Below are positions 26,285-34,884 of a stretch of 64,000 bases of DNA, piece by piece. Positions within the stretch are counted from its first letter, which is position 1. Each line of letters opens with the position of its first letter. The notes below the pieces were generated by a model. The model had not been told where the DNA came from and ran no database searches. It saw only the letters and a program-made list of their open reading frames with translations. The DNA lies in assembly GCA_035644495.1 (NCBI GenBank), contig DASQOM010000120.1:966-64965 (forward strand). The letters run 5' to 3'. The position numbers and the translations under genes were made by a program. Origin of the DNA: Planctomycetota bacterium (GTDB lineage Bacteria; Planctomycetota; MHYJ01; JACPRB01).

Positions 26285-26383
26285 ATGGATGGCTTTCAGA
26301 GCTTCCTCGATCAGGTCCTGCAGACGGTGATCCTGGCCCTGCCGAGCTTGCTCGACTGGGTCATCACCCGGCTGAAGGGCTAG
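26285..26383 (+). CDS. Candidate 32-aa amphipathic or hydrophobic peptide
   Basis: GGGAGGG lies 7 nt upstream of ATG 26285. Sequence MDGFQSFLDQVLQTVILALPSLLDWVITRLKG. It is preceded by the hairpin at 26240-26262 and lies 68 nt upstream of the kinase gene. Confidence 0.35.
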   Translation: MDGFQSFLDQVLQTVILALPSLLDWVITRLKG

Positions 26384-26451
26384 CGCCGACGGCGGCGTCA
26401 GGGCCGGCCACGGGGGGGATCCCCCGTGGCCCGGTCCCCCTGAGGGGCCCT

Positions 26452-27663
26452 ATGGACTTTGGACGCTACGAGATCCTGGAAGAACGGGCGCGCGGCGCCT
26501 GCGGCATCGTCTATCAGGCGCGCGACCGCGAGCTCGACCGCATCGTCGCCCTCAAGGCGCTGCGACAGGACGACTCCGGCCCGCTTTCCCGCGAGCGCTT
26601 CCTCCGCGAGGCGCGGCTGGCCGCGTCCCTCGACCACCCGAACATCGTCAAGATCCTCGAGACCGGGGAACACGAGGGCCGGCTCTTCTACACGATGCCG
26701 CTGCTCGAGGGCGAGCTCCTGCGGGGGCCGCTGCCGCCCGCCGAAGCCTGCCGCCTCCTCGAGCGCGTCGCCCGCGCCGCCGCGCACGCCCACTCCCGCG
26801 GGATCGTCCACCGCGACCTCAAGCCCTCCAACATCGTCGTCTGCTCGGGCGAGCCCGTCGTGACCGACTTCGGCGTGGCGCGCGGCCCCGGAGATCCGCG
26901 GTTGACCGAGACCGGCGAACTGCTCGGCACCCCCGCCTATATGGCGCCCGAACAGGCCCGGGGAGACTCGCGCGAAGCCGACGGACGGGCCGACGTCTAC
27001 TCCATCGGCGTCATGCTCCACGAGCTGCTCTCCGGCCGTCTCCCGCACAGCGCGCCGTCGTTCCTCGAGCTGTCGTCCAAGATCCTCAACGATCCCGCGC
27101 CCGACCTCGAAGGATTCGACCCCGCCCTGCGGAATCTCGTGCGCCGCTGCCTGGAGAAGAATCCGGCATCGCGGCCCGACGCCGTCGCGCTCGCCCGGAG
27201 CCTGGCCCGCTGGCTGCCGCGCCGGCCGTCGCGCTGGCCCGCGGCACTCCCGATACTCCTCGCCGCGGCCGCCGCCGCCCTGTGGGGCGCCGCGCCGTCC
27301 GACCGGCCGCCCCCCTCGATGATCCGGATCGGCGAGATCTGGATTGACCGCGAGGAGGCGCCGCCGCGCGCGGGAGGATATTCGTATCTCGACGCCGTCG
27401 CCTACTGTCTGCGCGCCGGCAAACGGCTGCCGACCGAGCCGGAGTGGGAGGCGGGGGCGGCTGAAGGCTGCCGGGATATGGCCGATCACCTGGCGGAGTG
27501 GACGGCGACCGAGGGACGCCCGGGGCGGGACACGCGGGTCGTGCGCGGCGGCCACTGGCTGAGCCCGCAGGACCGCCGGACGATCCGCGAGCGGCAGGAA
27601 CTGCCCGTCACGAAGCGGTCGCCGACGCTCGGCTTCCGCTGCGCCAGCGCGTCGCCGCCTTAG
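26452..27663 (+). CDS. Transmembrane Ser/Thr protein kinase with a short FGE-sulfatase (SUMF1)-like extracytoplasmic domain
   Basis: Kinase motifs GACGIVYQA, ALK, HRDLKPSNIV, DFGVAR and GTPAYMAPE. TM segment WPAALPILLAAAAAALWGAAP. The C-terminal YCLRAGKRLPTEPEWE...VVRGGHW...LGFRC is FGE-like. Confidence 0.85.
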   Translation: MDFGRYEILEERARGACGIVYQARDRELDRIVALKALRQDDSGPLSRERFLREARLAASLDHPNIVKILETGEHEGRLFYTMPLLEGELLRGPLPPAEACRLLERVARAAAHAHSRGIVHRDLKPSNIVVCSGEPVVTDFGVARGPGDPRLTETGELLGTPAYMAPEQARGDSREADGRADVYSIGVMLHELLSGRLPHSAPSFLELSSKILNDPAPDLEGFDPALRNLVRRCLEKNPASRPDAVALARSLARWLPRRPSRWPAALPILLAAAAAALWGAAPSDRPPPSMIRIGEIWIDREEAPPRAGGYSYLDAVAYCLRAGKRLPTEPEWEAGAAEGCRDMADHLAEWTATEGRPGRDTRVVRGGHWLSPQDRRTIRERQELPVTKRSPTLGFRCASASPP

Positions 27664-28289
27664 GTGCCGTCGCGCACGAGCAGGTATCGGGTGTGGGGAA
27701 GCGCCGTCCGGGAGACGTGCTCCGGCAGCGTATGCTGGATCGCGACCCCCGGGACCAGGTCGATCTCCGCGACCTTGAACACGGCGCGCACGAACGCCGA
27801 ACAGAAGGCCGAATCCCGGTCCGCTCCCTTGTCCATCGTCTTCCGCATCATCGCCCAATAGGTCTGGAGGATCCCGGGCAGGTCGTACTTGGTCCGCTTC
27901 GCGACCAGGTCGAGGCCGGCAACCACGACCCGCCGGACGTCCTTGTCCTTGAGCCCGAGATCCAGCACGGCCACGTTGGGCCACTCCTTTTCGCTGCCGT
28001 ACTTGTCGATGCGGTTTTCCTGCACGCCGTTGCGGAGTTGCCCCTTGCCCATGTCGAAGTCGCTCTCGAGCAGCCAGTGCTCGCCGTCCACGCGCTCGCC
28101 CTCGAACACCGCGACGTGCGACCAGAGACTGGGCCTGGCCTCGTCGTTCATGTCCTTCTGCCCGACGCGGATCGCGCGGTCGATCCCCGAGCTGCCGCCG
28201 AACAGCCCCACGCAGCCGGGCTTGGCGTATTTCTTCATGAACTCCACGTTGCCCAGCGCGGTGATGCGGTGAATCCTGTTCTCGCCCAT
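27660..28289 (-). CDS. Permuted papain-like (YiiX/C92-like) hydrolase, tentative
   Basis: His-before-Cys arrangement (WSHVAVF ... SAFCSAFVRAVF) with a VAVLDL beta-strand. The family is assigned only by pattern. Confidence 0.4.
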   Translation of the reverse strand: MGENRIHRITALGNVEFMKKYAKPGCVGLFGGSSGIDRAIRVGQKDMNDEARPSLWSHVAVFEGERVDGEHWLLESDFDMGKGQLRNGVQENRIDKYGSEKEWPNVAVLDLGLKDKDVRRVVVAGLDLVAKRTKYDLPGILQTYWAMMRKTMDKGADRDSAFCSAFVRAVFKVAEIDLVPGVAIQHTLPEHVSRTALPHTRYLLVRDGT

Positions 28290-28292
28290 GTC

Positions 28293-28562
28293 CTATCGGA
28301 TCCCGAAATCCCTGAAATCCTCCAGCGTCTCCTCGTACGTCACCGCGATGTCCGTGACGCGCGCCTCCTCCGGGCCGCGATAGCACCACTTGATGAGCTT
28401 CTCGACCTGCTCCCGCGTGCCCTGCGCCACGGCCTCGACGCGGCCGTCCGGGAGATTGCGCACCCAGCCCGTGACGCCGATCCCCTGCCCCTCGCGGCGG
28501 CACGACCAGCGGTACCCCACGCCCTGCACGATCCCGGAGATGAGCAGGCGCGCGCGGACCAT
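28293..28562 (-). CDS. acyP: Acylphosphatase
   Basis: [17 protein letters not shown]...[20 protein letters not shown]. 89 aa. Confidence 0.85.
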   Translation of the reverse strand: MVRARLLISGIVQGVGYRWSCRREGQGIGVTGWVRNLPDGRVEAVAQGTREQVEKLIKWCYRGPEEARVTDIAVTYEETLEDFRDFGIR

Positions 28563-29134
28563 CAGAGTTTCCGGAAGACCCCGACGACCACGCCCTGGAC
28601 GTCGACGCGGTCGACGACGATCGGCGCCATCGTGCCGTTCGCCGGCTGCAGCCGGATCCTGCCGTTCTCCTTGTAGAAGCGCTTCAGCGTCGCCTCGCCG
28701 TCGTCGAGGAGCGCCACCACGGTCTCGCCGTTCCGCGCGGCGGGGGTCCGTTCGACGATGACATAGTCGCCGTCGCGGATATGGTCCTCGATCATGGAGT
28801 TGCCGCGCACCTCGAGGGCGAAGTAGTCCTTGCCGGCCTTCATGACCCCGAGCACGTCGAGTTCGTCCGGATGAACGATCGCCTCGATGGGCTTGCCGGC
28901 GGCGATCCGGCCGGTGACGGGCAGCCGGCGCGTGGAGGTCAGCACCTCGATCCCGCGGCGGCGGTAATAGCTCCGCTTGATGTGCCGGGACTTCTCGAGC
29001 TGGCGGAGGTGGCTCAGGACCGTGACCTTCGTGATCTTGAGGTGGTCGGCCACCTCCTGCAGCGTCGGCGAGTAGCCGTTGCGCTGCGTGAAGTCTTCGA
29101 CGAACCTCAGGACTTCCAGCTGCTTGGGCGTCAC
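28562..29134 (-). CDS. lexA: LexA repressor
   Basis: N-terminal w[15 protein letters not shown]...[13 protein letters not shown]. Ala-Gly cleavage site GRIAAGKP. Catalytic VRGNSM and LKRF. GTG start in a GTGA overlap with the upstream gene. Confidence 0.85.
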   Translation of the reverse strand: MTPKQLEVLRFVEDFTQRNGYSPTLQEVADHLKITKVTVLSHLRQLEKSRHIKRSYYRRRGIEVLTSTRRLPVTGRIAAGKPIEAIVHPDELDVLGVMKAGKDYFALEVRGNSMIEDHIRDGDYVIVERTPAARNGETVVALLDDGEATLKRFYKENGRIRLQPANGTMAPIVVDRVDVQGVVVGVFRKL

Positions 29135-29961
29135 GGTTTGTCCTTCTTGTCGGGGGCGGGGGGAGGCTTGTCGCCGTCGTCCTCCTTGAACGACTGCTTC
29201 ACCGACGGCGGCCGCGACAGGACCCGCGCCGGCGGCGGCTCGAAGCCCTTCAGCGGCGTGCGCACCAGTCCGGGCGGCAGCTCGAAGTCCGCGTCGGGGA
29301 TCTCACGCGCCTGCGCCGCCGTGACCTCGAACTGCTCGACGATGCGGTCCATGAAGAGCGTATAGCGGATCGTCCCTTTGGAGGGCAGGCCTCCGAGGGA
29401 GCGCAGCTTCTCGGCGACCGCCGGATGGAAGCCGCCCGCGGCCGACAGCGCGTCCATCCATCCCGGGGCCTGGAGGTTGGCGTTGACGTCGACGGAGATC
29501 CGGATGCGGTCGCCGTTCACGATCACCTCGCGCCGGAGGCCGTCGGACTTGAGCTCGACCTGGGGGGCCGCTGCGAACTGGTCGAAGCCCTGGAGGAGGT
29601 CGTCGAGTTCCTTCTCGTCGGCGGTGCCCGGGACGCGGGCCTTTGCCGCGCGGATCTCGTCCAGTCGCGTCTTCCGGAGGGCGGCGGCCTCGTCGAAGGT
29701 GAACTCCGCGTACTCCCGCGCCAGCGGGTCCGCCTTATAGATCTTCTTCAGGTCGCTGCGGATGATCAGGCGCTCGCCGAAGGTGAGGTCGAGGATGGCG
29801 AGGTTTCCGCCCTTGATGAGGATCCGTTCCTTCCGCTGGACCTCGTCGCGGCGGCCGAGCCAGTCGATCGTGGTCCGCTTGACGGTGCGCTCGACCGCCA
29901 CCCCGTTCGACGAAGGGTCCTGCGCGAGGAGCGCGAGCACGGCCAGGGCGGCGAGCGTCAT
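29131..29961 (-). CDS. Secreted hypothetical protein with a Lys/Asp/Pro-rich tail
   Basis: Signal peptide [14 protein letters not shown]. Overlap-coupled to the permease gene upstream and lexA downstream. Confidence 0.6.
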   Translation of the reverse strand: MTLAALAVLALLAQDPSSNGVAVERTVKRTTIDWLGRRDEVQRKERILIKGGNLAILDLTFGERLIIRSDLKKIYKADPLAREYAEFTFDEAAALRKTRLDEIRAAKARVPGTADEKELDDLLQGFDQFAAAPQVELKSDGLRREVIVNGDRIRISVDVNANLQAPGWMDALSAAGGFHPAVAEKLRSLGGLPSKGTIRYTLFMDRIVEQFEVTAAQAREIPDADFELPPGLVRTPLKGFEPPPARVLSRPPSVKQSFKEDDGDKPPPAPDKKDKP

Positions 29962-31232
29962 TCGTACCTCACGGCGGCCACCGGCTCCATCCTCGCCGCG
30001 CGCCGTGCGGGGAGCCAGCCGGCCAGCACGCTAACAAACACCGAAAATACCACGGAGCCGGCCGCCAGCCAGGCCGAAACGTGGAAGAGGCTGACGGTCG
30101 GCGGCAGGTCGAACACCGGATGGGCGATGAAGTTCAGCGCCTTCCCGATCAGCGCGCCCGCCGCCAGTCCGACCGTCCCACCCAGAAGCCCGATCGACGC
30201 CGCTTCCGCCAGAAAAAGGCGGCCGATGTCGCCGTTCCGGGCTCCCAGCGCCTTCATGATACCGATCTCCCGCGTCCGTTCAAGCACCGCCATCGCCATC
30301 GTGTTCGCGATCCCGAAGAGTGACACGACAAGACCGATGGCTCCGACGCAGGCCATGAAGCCTTCCAGCACCAGAAAGATGAGGTTGATGTTCTTGAGGA
30401 GCTCGACGGCGCTGAGGGTGGCGAATCCCGAGTTCCGCAGCCGACGGGCCACTTCCTCGGACTGCCGGGGATCGCTGAGGCGGACCTCGGCGGACAGGTA
30501 GCTTCCCCGCTTGGACGGCAGGAGCGGATGGGCTGCTTTTCGCTCTCTCAGCGAAAGGGCCTGATCGAGGGGAAGATAGATCTGGCGGCCCTTGAAGCCA
30601 AAGGCCTCGGTGTCGAGCACGCCGGCCACCGTATAGACATCTTCGTCCGGCGCTTCGGCGTCGTCCTGGAGGAACCCCGTGAACGTCACCTTCCGGTTCA
30701 CCGCCTCCCCGGGCTTCAGGTTCACCCGGAGCTCCAGGAACGCCGTCGGCAGCAGGCAGACCTTGTCGGTGCGCGAGGTCCACATCGACCCGGCGACGAT
30801 GTGCTTCGCATATCGGGCCTCCTCGTCGGCCCCGACGCCCTCGACCGGATAGACGACGGCGCCCTCCTTCCCTTCGATCGCGACGCGGAGGAACAGGTTC
30901 AGCTCCGGCCTCACGGACGCGATGCCCGGGATCGCGCGGATCTCGTCCAGGTCCTTGTCGGTCATGGGCAGCATCTGCGCGTCGAGGCCGAAGTTGAAGG
31001 GCGCGGCCTTCTTCTTGGCCGCGTCGCCCCGCACGCGGCGGACGGTCAGCGTCCGGAGCGATTCGTCGGTCTCGAAGAGCTGGACGACCTGGCGCTGGAG
31101 CCCGAGGCCGAGGGAAACCATGAGGACCAGGGAGGCGACGCCGACGACGACGCCGGCCGAGGTCAGCAGCGTCCGCCCCTTGCGGCGCGCGAGGTTCTCC
31201 CAGGCCATCGAGAGGGTGTCAGCGGCGTTCAT
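29958..31232 (-). CDS. FtsX/MacB/LolCE-type ABC transporter permease
   Basis: N-terminal TM, a large periplasmic domain, then three C-terminal TMs with [11 protein letters not shown]. Confidence 0.8.
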   Translation of the reverse strand: MNAADTLSMAWENLARRKGRTLLTSAGVVVGVASLVLMVSLGLGLQRQVVQLFETDESLRTLTVRRVRGDAAKKKAAPFNFGLDAQMLPMTDKDLDEIRAIPGIASVRPELNLFLRVAIEGKEGAVVYPVEGVGADEEARYAKHIVAGSMWTSRTDKVCLLPTAFLELRVNLKPGEAVNRKVTFTGFLQDDAEAPDEDVYTVAGVLDTEAFGFKGRQIYLPLDQALSLRERKAAHPLLPSKRGSYLSAEVRLSDPRQSEEVARRLRNSGFATLSAVELLKNINLIFLVLEGFMACVGAIGLVVSLFGIANTMAMAVLERTREIGIMKALGARNGDIGRLFLAEAASIGLLGGTVGLAAGALIGKALNFIAHPVFDLPPTVSLFHVSAWLAAGSVVFSVFVSVLAGWLPARRAARMEPVAAVRYE

Positions 31233-31899
31233 CGCCGACCACCTTGCCGTCGCGAAGCTCGACCGTGCGCCGGGCGAAACCGTCCGCCAGGACGCGGTCG
31301 TGGGTCACGACGAGGATTGTCTTGTCCTTCAGCGTGCGGAGGAGCTCGAGGATCTCGGCGGCGGTCTTCGAGTCGAGGTTCCCGGTCGGCTCGTCGGCCA
31401 GGAGCAGGGGCGGATCGTGGACGAGGGCGCGCGCGATCGCGACGCGCTGCTGCTCTCCGCCGGAGAGCTGGCCGGGACGGTGCGCGCGGCGGCCTTCGAG
31501 CCCGGTCCGCGAGAGGAGCTCGGCGGCGCGCCGGGCGCGCTCGGCTTTCGGGACGCCGGCGAGCACCAGCGGCAGCTCGACGTTCTGCTGCGCGGTGAGG
31601 GTCGGGATCAGGTTGAAGAACTGGAAGATGAACCCCACGTCCTGCCGGCGGTAGAGGGCGAGCTCGTCCTCGCTGCTCTCGGCCAGGCGCTTCCCGCGGA
31701 CGAAGACCTCGCCCGAGGTCGGCCGGTCGAGGCCCCCGATGAGCTGGAGCAGGGTCGACTTGCCGCTGCCGGACCGCCCCACGATGGCGGCGATCTCCCC
31801 CGTGGCGAAGTCGAGCGAGACGCCGTCGAGCGCGGAGAGCACGGTCTCGCCCATCACGTAGCGCCGGGTGAGTCGCTCGATCCGGACGAGTTCGGCCAT
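31219..31899 (-). CDS. ABC transporter ATP-binding protein (LolD/MacB-like)
   Basis: Walker [25 protein letters not shown] and [12 protein letters not shown]. The start is taken at MAELVRIE (31899). Confidence 0.85.
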   Translation of the reverse strand: MAELVRIERLTRRYVMGETVLSALDGVSLDFATGEIAAIVGRSGSGKSTLLQLIGGLDRPTSGEVFVRGKRLAESSEDELALYRRQDVGFIFQFFNLIPTLTAQQNVELPLVLAGVPKAERARRAAELLSRTGLEGRRAHRPGQLSGGEQQRVAIARALVHDPPLLLADEPTGNLDSKTAAEILELLRTLKDKTILVVTHDRVLADGFARRTVELRDGKVVGDERR

Positions 31900-31925
31900 G
31901 AAGGGGCCTATCCTGCCATCGCCCC

Positions 31926-31952
31926 CCACAAAATAGCCAGTCTATTTTGTGG
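31926..31952. repeat. Hairpin repeat CCACAAAATAG-CCAGT-CTATTTTGTGG (family copy b1)
   Basis: Perfect 11-bp arms and a 5-nt loop, in the divergent intergenic region between the ABC/lexA operon and the MFS gene. Confidence 0.85.
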
Positions 31953-31956
31953 AACA

Positions 31957-31983
31957 CCACAAAGGTGACGGTCTTGTTTGTGG
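31957..31983. repeat. Degenerate hairpin repeat CCACAAAGGTG-ACGGT-CTTGTTTGTGG (family copy b2)
   Basis: The outer 7 bp are perfect and the inner 4 positions are mostly mismatched. The right half is nearly identical to the copy at 43262-43288. Confidence 0.7.
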
Positions 31984-32026
31984 AAGCTCGACAGGAGCGG
32001 CGGGTTCCGATAGGCTTCGGACCGCC

Positions 32027-33271
32027 ATGAGCACCGAGGCCCCGCCCTCCGCCGGCCGGCGCGCCGCCTTCGTGTTCATCTTCATGACCGTCGCCCTCGA
32101 CGTCCTCGCGCTCGGCGTCATCATCCCCGTCCTCCCCAAGCTGGTGAAGACCTTCGTCGGCGGGGACGCCCCGAAAGCCGCCCACCTCTTCGGCCTCTTC
32201 GGCACCGTCTGGGCCCTGATGCAATTCCTCTGCTCGCCGTTCCTCGGCATGCTGTCCGACCGCTTCGGCCGCAGGCCCGTCATTCTCCTCTCCTGCCTCG
32301 GACTCGGCGTCGATTACTTCGCGATGGCGATGGCCCCGACCCTGGCCTGGCTCTTCGTCGGCCGTGTCGTCTCCGGCATCACCTCCGCGAGCATCGGTGC
32401 CGCGGGGGCGTACATCGCCGACGTCACTCCGCCTGAGAAGCGGGCCGCCAGCTTCGGAATGCTGGGCGCCGCGTGGGGGCTCGGCTTCGTGCTGGGTCCG
32501 GCGATGGGCGGGCTCCTGGGCGGCATCTCCCCGAGGCTCCCGTTCTGGGTGGCCGGCAGCTTGAGCCTGGTCAACGCGCTCTACGGGCTTTTCGTGCTCC
32601 CGGAGTCCCTTTCGCCCGAGCGCCGGGTCCGCTTCTCGTGGAAGAAGGCCAACCCGATCGGCGCCCTCGTCCTCCTCCGCTCCTATCCCCGCCTCACCGG
32701 GCTTGCGAGCGTCTTCCTCCTGTATCAGCTCGCCCACCAGGTACTGCCCAGCGTCTTCGTCCTCTACACCGACCACCGCTACGACTGGAAGGAGCGCGAC
32801 GTCGGGCTCTGCATGACGGGGGTCGGGATCTGCGGGGTCATCGTCCAAGGCGGCCTCGTCAAGCGGATCGTCGCGCGCATCGGGGAGCGCCGCGCGATGC
32901 TGACCGGCCTCGTCTTCGGCATGGCCGGCTTCACCATTTACGGGATGGCGACCACCGGAACCGGGATCCTGCTCGGCATCCCGGTCTTCTCCCTGATGGG
33001 CCTCTTCGGACCCTCGGCGCTCGGCCTGATGTCCCGGGTCGTCGACCCCACCCAGCAGGGACAACTGCAGGGGGCCAACAGCTGCGTCGGCGGCATCGCC
33101 GGACTGATCGGACCGGGACTCTTCACCACGGCGTTCGCCGAGGCCATCCGTCCCGACCGCACCTGGAACCTCCCCGGCGCGCCCTTCCTGCTGGCCGCCT
33201 CCCTCCTCGGCGCGGCCTTCCTCCTGACGCTGATCTTCACGCGCCCGTCCGCCCCGCGCGTCGCGGATTGA
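32027..33271 (+). CDS. MFS transporter (TetA/drug-H+ antiporter-like)
   Basis: About twelve hydrophobic segments. Motif A-like GMLSDRFGRRPV. Confidence 0.8.
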   Translation: MSTEAPPSAGRRAAFVFIFMTVALDVLALGVIIPVLPKLVKTFVGGDAPKAAHLFGLFGTVWALMQFLCSPFLGMLSDRFGRRPVILLSCLGLGVDYFAMAMAPTLAWLFVGRVVSGITSASIGAAGAYIADVTPPEKRAASFGMLGAAWGLGFVLGPAMGGLLGGISPRLPFWVAGSLSLVNALYGLFVLPESLSPERRVRFSWKKANPIGALVLLRSYPRLTGLASVFLLYQLAHQVLPSVFVLYTDHRYDWKERDVGLCMTGVGICGVIVQGGLVKRIVARIGERRAMLTGLVFGMAGFTIYGMATTGTGILLGIPVFSLMGLFGPSALGLMSRVVDPTQQGQLQGANSCVGGIAGLIGPGLFTTAFAEAIRPDRTWNLPGAPFLLAASLLGAAFLLTLIFTRPSAPRVAD

Positions 33272-33297
33272 CTTCGATCTTCGACCCCCGATATACT
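33268..33297 (+). promoter_or_regulatory. Putative promoter giving a leaderless or near-leaderless mRNA for the Tyr/Gly-rich lipoprotein
   Basis: TTGACT (33268-33273), an 18-nt spacer, then TATACT (33292-33297). This sits 6 nt before ATG 33304, and there is no SD. Confidence 0.5.
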
Positions 33298-33303
33298 GAA
33301 TTC

Positions 33304-33765
33304 ATGAAGAAGATGCTGTGCCTCCTGCTCCTGGCCGCCGCCGGCTGCACCTATCCCGCGTATACCGTCCGCCGGGTCCTCCCCAGCGAACCTCCCGTGT
33401 CCCGGGAGGAGCTCGAGCGGCTCTCCAACGCCGGCGTCTCCGAATCGGTCGTCAATGAGCTTCTCGAGAAGCGCGGCGCCCAGCCGCTGACGACCGACGA
33501 CCTGGTCGCGCTCAAGAACGCCGGGGCCCCGGATCCCATCGTCCAGAAGGCCATCGCCTCCGAGCGCAAGATCGTGGAGAGGGTCTACGTCGAGGAGTAC
33601 CCCTACTATTATGGCTATCCCTACTACGGGTATCCGTACTACTACGGCTACCCCTACACCAGCGTCTCGTTCAGCTACGGCGTGGGCTGGGGCTGGGGCT
33701 GGGGCGGCGGCTACTACCACGACGGATACCCCCGCGGCTACGCCGGCGTCCACGCCTATCGCTGA
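33304..33765 (+). CDS. Lipoprotein with an aromatic/Gly-rich repetitive C-terminus
   Basis: Lipobox LLAAAGC. The C-terminus reads YPYYYGYPYYGYPYYYGYPY...GVGWGWGWGGGYYHDGYPRGY. Confidence 0.7.
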   Translation: MKKMLCLLLLAAAGCTYPAYTVRRVLPSEPPVSREELERLSNAGVSESVVNELLEKRGAQPLTTDDLVALKNAGAPDPIVQKAIASERKIVERVYVEEYPYYYGYPYYGYPYYYGYPYTSVSFSYGVGWGWGWGGGYYHDGYPRGYAGVHAYR

Positions 33766-33819
33766 CGGGTTCTATAATCTCCTTGACCGTCCCCCGTGCC
33801 GGGGCCTAAGCTCCTGACC

Positions 33820-34065
33820 ATGGCCGCGAAGGAATCGAAGAAGTCCGAAAAATTCAAGATGACCTTCCCCGCCAAGATCGTCGGGGAGCCCATCATGACC
33901 AAGCTCTCGCACGACTTCGGGGTCAGCTATAACATGATCCGCGGCCGCATCACCGACAAGGGCGCCTGGCTCGACGTCGAGCTGCTCGGAGCCCCCAAGA
34001 ACATCGAGCACGCCCTCACCTTCCTCAAGGATCGCGGCGTCACCGTCGCCCCCCTCGAAAACTGA
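33820..34065 (+). CDS. Stand-alone NIL-domain protein (start could also be GTG 33796)
   Basis: KFKMTFPAKIVGEPIMTKLSHDFGVSYNMIRGRITDKGAWLDVELLG...ALTFLKDRGVTV matches the NIL (MetN C-terminal-like) pattern. Confidence 0.65.
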   Translation: MAAKESKKSEKFKMTFPAKIVGEPIMTKLSHDFGVSYNMIRGRITDKGAWLDVELLGAPKNIEHALTFLKDRGVTVAPLEN

Positions 34066-34068
34066 AGC

Positions 34069-34089
34069 CGGATCCGCGGCGCGGATCCG
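34069..34089. terminator. Bidirectional terminator-like hairpin between convergent genes
   Basis: CGGATCCGC-GGC-GCGGATCCG, a 9-bp stem with a 3-nt loop. It exactly fills the gap between the NIL stop (34065) and the truB stop (34090). There is no U-tract. Confidence 0.5.
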
Positions 34090-34884
34090 TCATCCCCCGT
34101 GGATCACCTTGCGCGGCTTGAGCCCCAAGTCCGCCTTCTCCCCGATCCCCACGAAGCGCGGGCCGCAATAGACGCGGACGATCCCGCCGACCGGACGATC
34201 GACCACGCGGCCGTTCTCGAAACGGTGCAGCTCCTCGGTCGTCAGGCGGATCTCCGGCAGGTGCAGCAGCGCCGCGTCCATCGGCAGCAGCTCGGTCGAC
34301 GCGTCCTCCACGCGGAACGGACCGCAGGCCGTGCGCCGCAGCACCGTGACGTGGCCGCCCAGATCGCGCGCGATCGACCTCACATAGAGGCCCTTCGAGC
34401 CGCGCACCCGGAACCTCGCCCGCGGCGGCTCGTACGACAGCAGCGCCAGCTCGTCCACGCGCACCCGCCGCTCCGGCGCCTCGACCTCGCGGCCCTTCCG
34501 GGCGTATTCGTACAGCTTCCGGCCCTCGACCTTCACGGCCGAGTACTTCGGCGGCCGCTGGACGATCTCGCCGAGCAGCTTTGCCGACGCCGCCTGGAGC
34601 TCCGCGCGCGACAGCACCGGCCGCTCCCCGATCCGCGGCCCGTCCGCGTCGTCCGTCTCCGTCAGGATCCCGAGCTCGAACTCGACCTCGTACGTCTTGT
34701 CGTACTGCATGTACTCCAGCAGCCGCGTCGCCTTCCCCACTCCGAGGAGGAGCAGCCCGGTCGCCAGGGGATCCAGCGTCCCCGCGTGGCCGACGCTCCG
34801 CTCCCCGAGTTCGCGGCGGACGGCGTCGACGACATCGTGCGATGTCTTTCCCTGGGGCTTGTCGACCAGTAGAATTCCGTCCAT
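34090..34884 (-). CDS. truB: tRNA pseudouridine(55) synthase
   Basis: GILLVDKPQGKTSHDVV and GHAGTLDPLATGLL (catalytic Asp). Confidence 0.9.
   Translation of the reverse strand: MDGILLVDKPQGKTSHDVVDAVRRELGERSVGHAGTLDPLATGLLLLGVGKATRLLEYMQYDKTYEVEFELGILTETDDADGPRIGERPVLSRAELQAASAKLLGEIVQRPPKYSAVKVEGRKLYEYARKGREVEAPERRVRVDELALLSYEPPRARFRVRGSKGLYVRSIARDLGGHVTVLRRTACGPFRVEDASTELLPMDAALLHLPEIRLTTEELHRFENGRVVDRPVGGIVRVYCGPRFVGIGEKADLGLKPRKVIHGG

Noticed and set aside
25263-28503. ORFs of 326 aa (25263-26243, minus strand) and 701 aa (26398-28503, minus strand) spanning the small-ORF region and the kinase.
   Set aside because: Their composition is Arg/Pro/Gly-rich shadow-frame sequence. They lie antisense to the kinase and to ORFs with much better coding signatures.
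33773-33778. A perfect TATAAT upstream of the NIL-domain gene as a promoter -10.
   Set aside because: There is no convincing -35 or extended -10. It lies 41 nt from ATG 33820 with no SD, and it falls in the last bases after the upstream gene. It is plausible but unsupported.
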